Shown here piece after piece: positions 9,067-18,342 of a DNA stretch of 64,000 nt. Where the stretch lies: assembly GCA_023150835.1 (NCBI GenBank), contig JAKLKB010000018.1, forward strand, positions 1 to 64,000, given 5' to 3'. Under the pieces are notes generated by a model that was given only the letters and a program-made list of their open reading frames with translations, searched no databases and was not told the origin of the DNA. The DNA is from Myxococcota bacterium. GTDB lineage: Bacteria > Myxococcota_C > UBA6777. The translations under genes were made by a program, and so were the position numbers. Position 1 is the stretch's first letter; every line of letters starts with the position of its first letter.

Positions 9067-11073
9067 ATGAAAGACACAGAAGGCTCCATATTTAACATCG
9101 AAAACATCGGCGTCGCGCTTGTTGTTTTCGTGGTTGGTTGTTTTGGCTTGTGGTTGTACTCCAACAAATCCATGAACGCTGAGATAGATCCAACCCATTC
9201 TTCCGCTCAAAAAGAGCCTCGCTCGCAACCTCCGCTCACCCACTCCCATCGAGAAAAAACAGCAAACATCGAAAAACAACCTCTTGTTGCTCTTTCTCCA
9301 TCCTCCCATGCCTCACGCCCTTCAAAACAACCCACGATAGCACTGAACCCAACAACTCCCAGACCAAACAACTCACTCTACCCAGAACTACAAAACTGCT
9401 CTGCCTCGAACCGAGAAACTCTACTCCGCCTACCCGCCTCCGTTCTTTCCGATCTTCAAAAAAAACAGCGCCTCAATTGGTTGGTGCGCACAATAGACAC
9501 GATGACCCCGCAAGCCCTTGCGTTGTTCCAAAAAAACCCTTGGAATCTACCCTTTTTGCTTCTCTCAGACGCCGACGCAACCTTCCGTGTACTTGATCGA
9601 TACGGCTACAGAGCGTGGCGCTTACTCTCGATGTTGGATTTTCGCTCAAGCTCCATCGAAAAAATGTCGAAAGCCATCGACCGTTTTGGAGAGATCGTCC
9701 TTGATATCGGCGAACAACACGGCTTGGCTTTCGCGCTCTTCTTTGTCTCAAAAGCAGAAGATCAAAAAGCCTGTTTACCGAGCCTTTTGTACAAAATGAT
9801 CCGCTCATTCCGAAAAGTGGAGCCTCGCCCTCAAGATGGAACCTCTCAAGCCTTGGCGTTATGGCTCCAAAACCATGACGATCTCCAACAACTTCTCACC
9901 GAGAAAAATGTCCTGTGCGAGGCATTCGATCTCCCGATCGAACTCCTTTCCAACGCCGCATCCATCGTGCGCAGCACAGCTTCCGATTCTCCTTTTTCCA
10001 TGCGCTTTTTGCTTGAAAAAGACCACAACAACCACCACACCGGCCTTCATCTATTAAAAACATACGGGCCACTCGCCGCAAGCACCCTCTACGGGCTGAA
10101 TTACCACCTCGACGAAGACGAAAAACGCGGCGCACTCGTTGTGATCAAACATCGGGGCTGGGATGGACTTTATTTGCTCAACCGATTCCATGAACTCTCC
10201 TCTTGGCGCACACTCCTCAAAAGGAAAGAACTCTACCAAAGCGACACAGCCCCTCTTCTCGCACAAATGATCCACACCATTTTTACTTCTCAAGATCCCA
10301 AACAACAAATCGACCTTTTTTCGAGGATCGGGCGGCTTGAGATTATCGATCGTCAAATCCCTCCTGATCTCACGGACAAAGCACTCGGATGGGTTCCCGG
10401 ATATTCTCTCGCAGCCAATCTTTATCGCTCGACCGCCCGAGGCCACCAGATCAGCGCATCCACGTATATCGCATCCGCTGTCGATGTCATCCCCTACGTA
10501 GGCAAAGTCGGGAAAGTCGGGAAGATATTAACAAAAGGTGGAAAGGGACTGGTGAAAACAATTTATCATACAAAAAAATCCAACGATTACTTCCATCATA
10601 TCAAGAAGCTTATTCCACAAAGTATCCTTCTTTCTTTATCAGAATCGAAAGAAAAAGGCGCAAAGATATTCAACGTCATCCAGCACAAAGCCATCCGACA
10701 GCTAAAAAAACGCCACCCTGCTTCTTTCAAGGCCGCTTTGCCGCTGCTGCTTCGACAACATCTCCTTGAACAAAGCACGCACTCGCTCAAGATCAGCCCA
10801 GCCCCTCAAGGACTTTTTCACCGTATATTGTATTTTCATCAACAAATCCCTGATCTCGCAGCTCAAGCAGTTCTCAAAGCAGCTTCTGGCTTTTCTTCTC
10901 TCGGCATCCGAACTTCTTCATTGCCAAAACCTCTTCGCGACTTGCCTTGGCGAGAAATGATCTCCAACAAGATCCAAGACAAAATACAACAACACTCCTT
11001 TTCGATGTTGATCGAACAAGCCTCTGCTCTCTTCCTTACCCCAACCCGCCCACAGGAGTCCTCGACACCCTAG
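9067..11073 (+). CDS. Membrane-anchored hypothetical protein with a pre-toxin-TG-like motif
   Basis: AGGAGG RBS; N-terminal TM; Pro/Ser linker; LGWVPGY...AVDVIPYVGKVGKVGK. Confidence 0.8.
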   Translation: MKDTEGSIFNIENIGVALVVFVVGCFGLWLYSNKSMNAEIDPTHSSAQKEPRSQPPLTHSHREKTANIEKQPLVALSPSSHASRPSKQPTIALNPTTPRPNNSLYPELQNCSASNRETLLRLPASVLSDLQKKQRLNWLVRTIDTMTPQALALFQKNPWNLPFLLLSDADATFRVLDRYGYRAWRLLSMLDFRSSSIEKMSKAIDRFGEIVLDIGEQHGLAFALFFVSKAEDQKACLPSLLYKMIRSFRKVEPRPQDGTSQALALWLQNHDDLQQLLTEKNVLCEAFDLPIELLSNAASIVRSTASDSPFSMRFLLEKDHNNHHTGLHLLKTYGPLAASTLYGLNYHLDEDEKRGALVVIKHRGWDGLYLLNRFHELSSWRTLLKRKELYQSDTAPLLAQMIHTIFTSQDPKQQIDLFSRIGRLEIIDRQIPPDLTDKALGWVPGYSLAANLYRSTARGHQISASTYIASAVDVIPYVGKVGKVGKILTKGGKGLVKTIYHTKKSNDYFHHIKKLIPQSILLSLSESKEKGAKIFNVIQHKAIRQLKKRHPASFKAALPLLLRQHLLEQSTHSLKISPAPQGLFHRILYFHQQIPDLAAQAVLKAASGFSSLGIRTSSLPKPLRDLPWREMISNKIQDKIQQHSFSMLIEQASALFLTPTRPQESSTP

Positions 11074-11130
11074 CAACAAGCCGTCGCCATCCAAAAGCCT
11101 GCGGCTTTAACACATCGGAGTCAACAACGC

Positions 11131-13797
11131 ATGACCTCGCAAGTTTCGGGCGCTCCAACAACAAACCATCCACAGACCTCCTCGAAACAAGCCCCACAAC
11201 GTAATTCCTCATCGCGAATTGAGCGATTTCTCGGGATCTTTGGCCCCAAAGCCTCAGGCAAAACTGTTTATCTTACCGCGCTGTATAACCTCAATATCTT
11301 TTCTCAAGAAGACGAATTCACCTTCCATCTCTCCGTACCCGACGGCCATTCCACGCATAGCTACCTCAAAAGGCGATGGCAACAAATGGCCCAACACCGC
11401 CAATGGATAGACGCGACCGAACTCCGCGCCCCCGAAGAGATGCTTTTCAACGTCACATGGCAAGATCCACAAGGTCAGACACGCGATTACCGTGTCGTCT
11501 TACCCGACGCTTGCGGTGAATTAATGGATCGTGCTGAAGAATACTCAAAAACACAACGCTCCAATATCCTCCAATTGCAGCTCAAAGAGGACTATTTTCG
11601 ACAACTCAAGCAAAGTCACGGTGTAGCGCTGTTTATCCCCGGCAACTTAGCACCACAATCCTCCGAAGCAGCCGAGCTCAAACACGCCTTCGATCCCTTG
11701 TTCGACGCTCTCAAAAGAGAACGTGATCAACAGGGCATCAAGCAACCCATCGCCGTCATCGTCACGATGTGGGATATCCACTCTCCCTACCCACAAAACC
11801 ACGCACAAGAAGAGCAAAAAGCGCGAGATTATATTCGCTCTGTGCTAGGTCATTTCGTAGAAGACTTAGAACAACTCGCCTCAAAAGACTTCGTAAAAGT
11901 CTTTCCTATCTCGTCCACAGGCCCACTCCAACCCACCCTCCCACATTCGTTCGCCCAAATACAACACCTTCCTCCTCCCATTCAATTCCGACCCTACCGC
12001 ATCAAAGCCCCCATCCATTGGCTTTTGTCTGCCTATGAGCAGCTCTTACTCGAAAACAGCGAACGCGCCTACGAAAAAGCCATACAACGCCCCAAACTCA
12101 GCCAACTCACCGAGCTAAAAAAACAAATCAACTCTTCTCTCCAAGAACTCGCCCCTTCCCCCCAAAAAGATCGGCTCGAACACATCTCCGATCAGGTTTC
12201 CGACCTTGTGCTTGCTCTCCAAAAAAAATCTCGCAGGAGAAAGTTCTTTTCTACGTTTGTTCTGCTCGCTTTATTGAGCGGCGGCGTCGCTCTCTGGGAT
12301 AAAGCTTTCGAGAAAAAAGCTATTTCAATAGCAGATCAATTTCTTCAAGATCCTAAAACCACGCAGATGCAACGCATCGAAATCCTTAAACATCTCTGCT
12401 TACGCCGCCCACTTCCCACGCAATCGATCTTTGGCTGCTGGCAAAGCATCACTCTCAAAAGAACCCATGTCATCCAGTCTGGTGCTTCGGCGGGCTGGAA
12501 AGAGCTTCTTCCTCTCCCTTCGGAACCTTCTCTTTCTCAATTGCAAGCAAGGATCAACGAACTAGAAACATTCTTACAAGTTTATCCAAACGTGCCTGAA
12601 TCAACACTTGCGAGACAACAATTAGCACAAGCAAAAGGAAACTTCGTGCAAAAAAGACAAGCCGAACAACGCCTTCATTGGAGCCGCTTCCTTGCACAAG
12701 CACAATCCGCCCACACCACTGTCGAACTGGAACAAGCGACAAAAACTTGCCGCGATCAATTCCTTGAAAAAGAAGAATACGCTTGGATGAAGTTGCAGAT
12801 TTCAGAAATCTGCAATCGACTTCGTGTAAAAATGCAGCATCAAAAAGAAGGAACAGCGGTTTTAAGCAAATTGAATGAGATAAAAACGAAAATCGCTCAA
12901 GACAGCCAAAATACAAGTCTTTGTATTAAAGAAACAGGTGATTTTTTGATCACTTATCCACGAACTCAATTTTCCGAAGAGGTCAAAAAAATCCAAGACG
13001 ACTGCAAAAAGAAAGAAGACGAAGGATACTGGAACAAACAAGTGGCCTTATACAAACAAGAAAATCCGACAGAATATCGAAAAATTATTAAACGCGCAAA
13101 AGAATATCTTCAAAACCCGCAATATAAAATCTATACACAAGAAGCAAGATCTCTCATCCAAAAAACCGAGAGCGAATGGGATCGCAGCCAATACCAACAA
13201 ATACAAAATAACTGGCAAAACAACCATTCAAAGCTTGATGCGGCAACGATCGATCGCATCCACACAAAATGCGAAGAATACATCGCAAACGCACCCACTA
13301 AACAAATGAAAACAGCCATCGAAAACTGGCTTCGGTGGCATAAGAAACTGCGTTCCGGCATACAGTTCAACCTTGTCATCGAAAGGATCCGTATCGGAAC
13401 GGAATGGTATAGCCGCCTTCATTGGCCGGATGTTGTTGTCTCTGTCAAAGTCGGCACACAAGAAAAAAAGTCCGAAGAATTTGTTGATCTGAGAGTCGAA
13501 ACCGAATATAGCAGCAACGAAGACAACCATTTGGTGACAAAAAAGCAGTTGCCGCAAACGTTGGGCCCCTTTACGTGGCGCTACGGCAGCGATGATATCA
13601 CCGTTCGTATGCTCAACACAGAGATCACCCAAGCATACGAAAAATCACAAACCGCAAACACAGAGAAATACAACATCTCCTTTTTGCGAGGACAAGTCGC
13701 TGTTCAGTATGGATTTTATATCCATGCTCGCATCGAACCCGTATCCTCCGAAGACCGCACACCAAACAGCGCCATCTTCCCTGACTACAACGACTAA
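11131..13797 (+). CDS. TRAFAC P-loop GTPase (double-GTPase-like) with TM helix and large C-terminal helical plus beta domain
   Basis: G1 GPKASGKT, G2 T (DATE), G3 DACGE, G4-like TMWD, G5 PISS; TM FFSTFVLLALLSGGVALW. Confidence 0.85.
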   Translation: MTSQVSGAPTTNHPQTSSKQAPQRNSSSRIERFLGIFGPKASGKTVYLTALYNLNIFSQEDEFTFHLSVPDGHSTHSYLKRRWQQMAQHRQWIDATELRAPEEMLFNVTWQDPQGQTRDYRVVLPDACGELMDRAEEYSKTQRSNILQLQLKEDYFRQLKQSHGVALFIPGNLAPQSSEAAELKHAFDPLFDALKRERDQQGIKQPIAVIVTMWDIHSPYPQNHAQEEQKARDYIRSVLGHFVEDLEQLASKDFVKVFPISSTGPLQPTLPHSFAQIQHLPPPIQFRPYRIKAPIHWLLSAYEQLLLENSERAYEKAIQRPKLSQLTELKKQINSSLQELAPSPQKDRLEHISDQVSDLVLALQKKSRRRKFFSTFVLLALLSGGVALWDKAFEKKAISIADQFLQDPKTTQMQRIEILKHLCLRRPLPTQSIFGCWQSITLKRTHVIQSGASAGWKELLPLPSEPSLSQLQARINELETFLQVYPNVPESTLARQQLAQAKGNFVQKRQAEQRLHWSRFLAQAQSAHTTVELEQATKTCRDQFLEKEEYAWMKLQISEICNRLRVKMQHQKEGTAVLSKLNEIKTKIAQDSQNTSLCIKETGDFLITYPRTQFSEEVKKIQDDCKKKEDEGYWNKQVALYKQENPTEYRKIIKRAKEYLQNPQYKIYTQEARSLIQKTESEWDRSQYQQIQNNWQNNHSKLDAATIDRIHTKCEEYIANAPTKQMKTAIENWLRWHKKLRSGIQFNLVIERIRIGTEWYSRLHWPDVVVSVKVGTQEKKSEEFVDLRVETEYSSNEDNHLVTKKQLPQTLGPFTWRYGSDDITVRMLNTEITQAYEKSQTANTEKYNISFLRGQVAVQYGFYIHARIEPVSSEDRTPNSAIFPDYND

Positions 13798-13945
13798 ACA
13801 CGCGTATGCCTCTTTCACTTTTCCCAATGCTACGACAAACGATATGCACACCAAGGAGAAGCTTGCAACATCCAAGAGACCCAACCAACCCGCGATCCTC
13901 TTTTCAACAACCACAACGCTCCAACAAACCAAGGACGAAACCTTC

Positions 13946-15457
13946 ATGCAAACACCAAAAGAAAACCTCTCACTCCATTCAACGCCAGACTCAAATATAC
14001 CACCGCTCTTTGTTCGTACATGGTTCAAAGAAAAAGGCAGCGTTTATCTGCACAACCAGCGTTGCCCAACAGACATCGCACCGAAACTTTATGAGGCGTT
14101 GGACAAACAAGCAAACGAATCTCTCGCGGCAGAAAAAACATGGAAAAAATGGATGGATTTCAACACTTTTTCAACGTTCGTTTTTTCTCAAAGGCTCCCT
14201 GATCCGAACGCTCCGAATCGCCATTTCACGCAACACCTCGTCGCCATCATGCCCTCAGAGACCGATCCCGCTCTGCTCACGCCCGTCATTTCGACGCTAT
14301 CACTGCCGACCGATGCCAAAGAAGCCGCCCGACTCGGATGGATTGAATTCCAACCCCCTTCTCCGCCAATTCCTCCAGCCAAGCCATCTCCTCCCGCCAA
14401 GAATTATCGTAACTGGCTGTGGAGTGGCGCACTGCTTTTTCTCGCTGCTACTTTGTTATTCTTTGGTTTTCCTAATTATTTGAGGCGATGGTTGGGAATA
14501 GAGAAGGCAAACAAAGCCAAACATTCTGAAGTCTCTCAAACAGATCATCGTTACTGGGAGTGTTCGTGGAAAACCTTTAGCGGGAAAGAGAAGTGGACGG
14601 GCAGCAGCACCGATGACCAAAGTGACAACCAAAAAGTTTGGGACAAAAAAACGACAGACGTGTTGGGCGAATTCAAAAAATTGATTAAAACAAAGGACAT
14701 AGAAGATAAAATTAAAGAGAAAATTGAAAAAGATGACACAGATAAAAAAGATGACACAGGTAAGAAGTCATTAAAGAACGAATGGGAAGAAAAAAGAAAG
14801 CAGGCTACTAAAGAAATTCACAACTGGCTCGCCGAAAATAAAAAAGGAAATAAAAAAGGAAATAAAAAAGGAAACAAAACACAAGAAAAGAGCAAACTCC
14901 AAAGTGAGCTTGAACATCTGCTCTTTCCGAAACCGACAACGAATTCAAAATCAACCAACAATCATGCAAATTATGCAGAACTCAAGCGTTGCATCGAATC
15001 AGCAAGAAGACGAAATATAACGAATTTTCAAGCCTTTTTAAAAAATGAATCTCCCTTTGAAAAGAACCCCGGTGACTTGGAGGACAAACCTAGAGAAAAC
15101 CGCAAACCTAGAGAAAACTACAAAAATTTTGGGAAAGAATGCGGATGTCCAGAAGACCCGATCTCCGGCATAGAAAAATGCGTTCTCGACAAACACCGCA
15201 AACCTGCTCCAAAGATCATCGCAGCCGAGATCCGAGATCGTGTGTTGCGCTATTACAAAAATCAGTGGGATCGATGCGCAAACACCCACAAAGCCCCCAC
15301 AGCCCCAAGATCCCCGAGTAGCCCGAAGGATACAAAATCCCCGAGCAACCAGAAAGGTGCGACAGCACCGAAAGACACGAAAGCCTCACCATCTCCGAAA
15401 GATCCAAAAGCCTCGCCATCCCCAGCCAAGGCACCGCAACGCCCCCCATTGCGTTGA
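13946..15457 (+). CDS. GAP1-N2-like N-terminal domain, Pro linker, TM and Lys-rich C-terminal domain (alternative start 13844)
   Basis: RLPDPNAPNRHFTQHLV motif; PPSPPIPPAKP linker; TM WLWSGALLFLAATLLFFGF. Confidence 0.7.
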   Translation: MQTPKENLSLHSTPDSNIPPLFVRTWFKEKGSVYLHNQRCPTDIAPKLYEALDKQANESLAAEKTWKKWMDFNTFSTFVFSQRLPDPNAPNRHFTQHLVAIMPSETDPALLTPVISTLSLPTDAKEAARLGWIEFQPPSPPIPPAKPSPPAKNYRNWLWSGALLFLAATLLFFGFPNYLRRWLGIEKANKAKHSEVSQTDHRYWECSWKTFSGKEKWTGSSTDDQSDNQKVWDKKTTDVLGEFKKLIKTKDIEDKIKEKIEKDDTDKKDDTGKKSLKNEWEEKRKQATKEIHNWLAENKKGNKKGNKKGNKTQEKSKLQSELEHLLFPKPTTNSKSTNNHANYAELKRCIESARRRNITNFQAFLKNESPFEKNPGDLEDKPRENRKPRENYKNFGKECGCPEDPISGIEKCVLDKHRKPAPKIIAAEIRDRVLRYYKNQWDRCANTHKAPTAPRSPSSPKDTKSPSNQKGATAPKDTKASPSPKDPKASPSPAKAPQRPPLR

Positions 15458-15546
15458 GCCTCCGTCCACACCGCGCTGACACACCTACACCACGCTGCCC
15501 CTTGCACCTACACCACGCTGCCTTTCACACCTGTACAACGCCAGCC

Positions 15547-16614
15547 TCACACCAGCACTTCCGCCAACAAAGCACACAGCCCGTGAGGCGTGGCCTCCTC
15601 TTTGTCTGTGAGAGCGAAGCGCAGCCCCGCTTGGTGTAGGTGATGTTGTGCTTCTTTGCTTGCCCGCGCCAAAACGGAACGCACCTTGTAGGCAGAGACG
15701 GTCTGCGTAGACAGCCCAGCGAGCGCCTTCCAGACCACCGAAGCAGCCCGATAGATCCGCAAATGATCGCGCCACACACAAGCGTCCCCTTGTTCTTGCG
15801 GATCCAAAAATCCCCACCAACGGGGGTGATCCAACGCATATCGCTTCGACGGATAACGGCGTTTGCCTCCTTCGATCCCGTACGACTGCAACATCCCCGT
15901 CCTTTCGAGATCGCTCAACGCCAACAAGATACCCCGTTCGGTATAGCCCGAATATCCGGCGATCTCTTTGACCGTACACGTTTCCTGCATCAGCAGCGCC
16001 AACAGCACCTCTGCTTTGCATCCCATCCCCACCAGATGACGCAACAAAAAACGTAATCCCGTCGATGCGTTGGCTAGATGCCCCCCAAAAGGTGCTGATC
16101 GCAGAACAAAAGCGCCACGCAACCAACCATACCGAAGAAATATCGGATCGGTTTCTCCAAAAATGGGCAAAGATGTGCCGTCTTTGTTCAAAAACAAAGG
16201 TCGTGAAACAATGACATTTATGTCCGTAAAGCTCGCTATTTTCTCCCAACGCTTTTGCTTTCCCTGCTCAACCACAACAGACGCAAAGGCTCCTGCCAAC
16301 GGATGCAAGTCTTTTTCTTCTTGCTCTTTCAACAAAGCCTGAAGCCGTGAGACATCGATCTCATCGCCCGCATAACAACACCACCGCAGAACTTCATCAA
16401 AGATCCGTGGCTCCGTTCGCCCCCACCGCCACGTTGAAAGCAACATCACTTCTGGATCGACAACAACACTGTTCGCCTCCACAGAGCGAACACCCGAAGA
16501 AATGCCTCCCCATCGCTCAGCGAGCGAAGCAACAAGATCTTTCGTAAGTTTTTGTATGGCCTGTAATACTTCTTCTTGATGATCGTACTTAGCCTCTAAG
16601 TTCATTTGCAACAT
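15547..16614 (-). CDS. DUF6036-associated protein with C-terminal winged HTH (putative antitoxin/regulator)
   Basis: VDPE..EPRIFDEVLRW motif; HTH TVKEIAGYSGYTERGILLALSDL; overlaps the upstream gene. Confidence 0.75.
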   Translation of the reverse strand: MLQMNLEAKYDHQEEVLQAIQKLTKDLVASLAERWGGISSGVRSVEANSVVVDPEVMLLSTWRWGRTEPRIFDEVLRWCCYAGDEIDVSRLQALLKEQEEKDLHPLAGAFASVVVEQGKQKRWEKIASFTDINVIVSRPLFLNKDGTSLPIFGETDPIFLRYGWLRGAFVLRSAPFGGHLANASTGLRFLLRHLVGMGCKAEVLLALLMQETCTVKEIAGYSGYTERGILLALSDLERTGMLQSYGIEGGKRRYPSKRYALDHPRWWGFLDPQEQGDACVWRDHLRIYRAASVVWKALAGLSTQTVSAYKVRSVLARASKEAQHHLHQAGLRFALTDKEEATPHGLCALLAEVLV

Positions 16615-17179
16615 CCATGAATCCCAAAAGGTCCAAGAGTTCCAGCAACATTTGCTTGTAGCCTTCCGATGGATCGTGTGTCATCGACCATAACGCTGCT
16701 GCTTTTAACTCGCCTGCGTTGGGTTCCAATAACCTCAAATCATCCAAATGCTTACCAACACCCGAATCCACCGTTGCGTACAACTTGAAATGGATCTGAT
16801 CATAGCGGCTCAGAAAACGAACTGTCAGTAGCGCTCCGTATACTCGAACCATGCAACGCTCCAACAAGCCCTCAGGCAGTCCTAAACGTTGGTTCTCCGC
16901 AGGCCCAGCATTCAACCAATCTTTTGGCAACCCGTCATCCTCCGCCACACGCTGCACCGCTCGCAGCAAAGGTTCCGAAAAAGGTTCGGGAAAACAATCT
17001 TTGCCCCCCACGACTCGCGCAACGACATCCACATCCCGCGTCGCACGCTCCACCAAGCCGAGTACTTGCAAACCCGCGCCACCACAAACCACCAAGTCCA
17101 ATCGCTCCGCACCTTCCAATTCCAACGCGTCTGCCAAATGCTCTAATTGCTCGTGTATTTGCTTTGCTTCGGAAAACAT
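16589..17179 (-). CDS. DUF6036/AbiEii-like nucleotidyltransferase
   Basis: VVCGGAGL, RATRDVDV, WLN, KL..KHLDDL motifs. Confidence 0.85.
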   Translation of the reverse strand: MFSEAKQIHEQLEHLADALELEGAERLDLVVCGGAGLQVLGLVERATRDVDVVARVVGGKDCFPEPFSEPLLRAVQRVAEDDGLPKDWLNAGPAENQRLGLPEGLLERCMVRVYGALLTVRFLSRYDQIHFKLYATVDSGVGKHLDDLRLLEPNAGELKAAALWSMTHDPSEGYKQMLLELLDLLGFMDVANELRG

Positions 17180-17229
17180 CGCCACGCCTCCATCCGCTGC
17201 TTCGCTCTCAAACAACATCCACCCCGATC

Positions 17230-17305
17230 TTCTTTATAAAGAATAAAATGTGCTTCTGTAAAGAATAAAATATGCCTTTGTAAAGAACAAAATATACCTT
17301 TACAA
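17230..17305. promoter_or_regulatory. AT-rich 22-bp-period repeat and palindrome array upstream of the NTase gene
   Basis: TAAAGAA(T/C)AAAAT x3; perfect palindrome TTCTTTATAAAGAA at 17230-17243. Confidence 0.65.
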
Positions 17306-17321
17306 ACAAGAGCGGTACAAC

Positions 17322-17464
17322 AAAGACCCCACACAGTTGCCAAAAAAAGCCGTGTTCGCGCTATTTCAAGCGGCGGTGCTGTTTGTTTGAAAGGCGAATG
17401 ATCACCCCGCCGATACGGGGTCAAGGGGCGACAGTCCCTTGCGGGGTTTGGGGCAGCACCCCAT
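17322..17464 (+). mobile_element. Family-A MITE-like repeat
   Basis: AAAAAAGCCGTGTTCG...ACGGGGTCAAGGGG...CCCTTGCGGGG...CCCCA core. Confidence 0.8.
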
Positions 17465-17483
17465 CCTCTCGGATATCGTGGGA

Positions 17484-17597
17484 TACGAGATCCGCCCGTT
17501 GAGTTATCGTAAAGACGTAGGGGCAGCCCCCTGTGGCTGCCCAACGATCGGGCGTCTACGTGCTCTCTTTTGCTGCGTACATCACTCGGATATCGTA
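17484..17597 (+). mobile_element. Family-B MITE with terminal inverted repeats and internal GTAG-REP hairpin
   Basis: TACGAGATCCG ... CGGATATCGTA ends. Confidence 0.85.
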
Positions 17598-17634
17598 TTA
17601 TCCATAGCCTCGATCCTATCGGGAGATCTTGCAC

Positions 17635-18171
17635 ATGAACACGAACAAACAGCGGTTGCCAAGCAGCCAACGACTCACCCTGCGCCTCCTGAGCACAGGG
17701 GATCTTGATGCGGTGACGGCCATTTATCGGGACAACCGACGATTTTTTCAGTTGATTGCCGGCATCAATGAGCCGCCCGAAGAGTACATTTGTGCCGAGA
17801 TGCAAGAGGGGCCGCTCGGATACGAAGACCACAAGCACTTCTTTGGGCTGTTTTTGCGTGAAAGTGGCGAGATGATCGGAGTTGCCGACTTTGTGGTCAA
17901 CTATCCGAGCGCAGGCAAGGGGATCTTCGGATTGCTGTTGTTGTCAGAACAGCATCAGTCCGAGGGGTTCGGAACAGAGGCGGTGGGGCTAGTCGAAGCT
18001 TGGGCACGAGAAAGCGGTGCAACGAGCGAAGTCACCGTCGGCGTGGAGTGGGTGAACGAGCGAGCCCGCAGATTCTGGCGCAAATGCGGCTATCGCCCGA
18101 CAGGAGAGAGCTTTAAGACGACTGCTTTAGGGCGGACACATCAGGCGGAAGTACTTCTCAAGCAGCTTTGA
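17635..18171 (+). CDS. GNAT-family N-acetyltransferase
   Basis: QSEGFGTE acetyl-CoA motif; NERARRFWRKCGY. Confidence 0.9.
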   Translation: MNTNKQRLPSSQRLTLRLLSTGDLDAVTAIYRDNRRFFQLIAGINEPPEEYICAEMQEGPLGYEDHKHFFGLFLRESGEMIGVADFVVNYPSAGKGIFGLLLLSEQHQSEGFGTEAVGLVEAWARESGATSEVTVGVEWVNERARRFWRKCGYRPTGESFKTTALGRTHQAEVLLKQL

Positions 18172-18342
18172 TAGGGCTTACGCAGTTGCCCCCAAAAAAG
18201 CCGTGTTCACGCCACTTGAAGCGACAAAGTCGTCTGCGTGAAAAACCGTGATCTCTTCGCCAACACGGGGTCAAGGGGCGATAGTCCCTTGCGGGGCGTG
18301 GGGTTCCAACCCCACATCACCGGCCCAACCGCGAAAGTCTTG
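18172..18342 (+). mobile_element. Family-A MITE, near full length
   Basis: Left end AGGGCTTACGCAGTTG, degenerate right end CAACCGCGAAAGTCT, family-A core. Confidence 0.8.
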
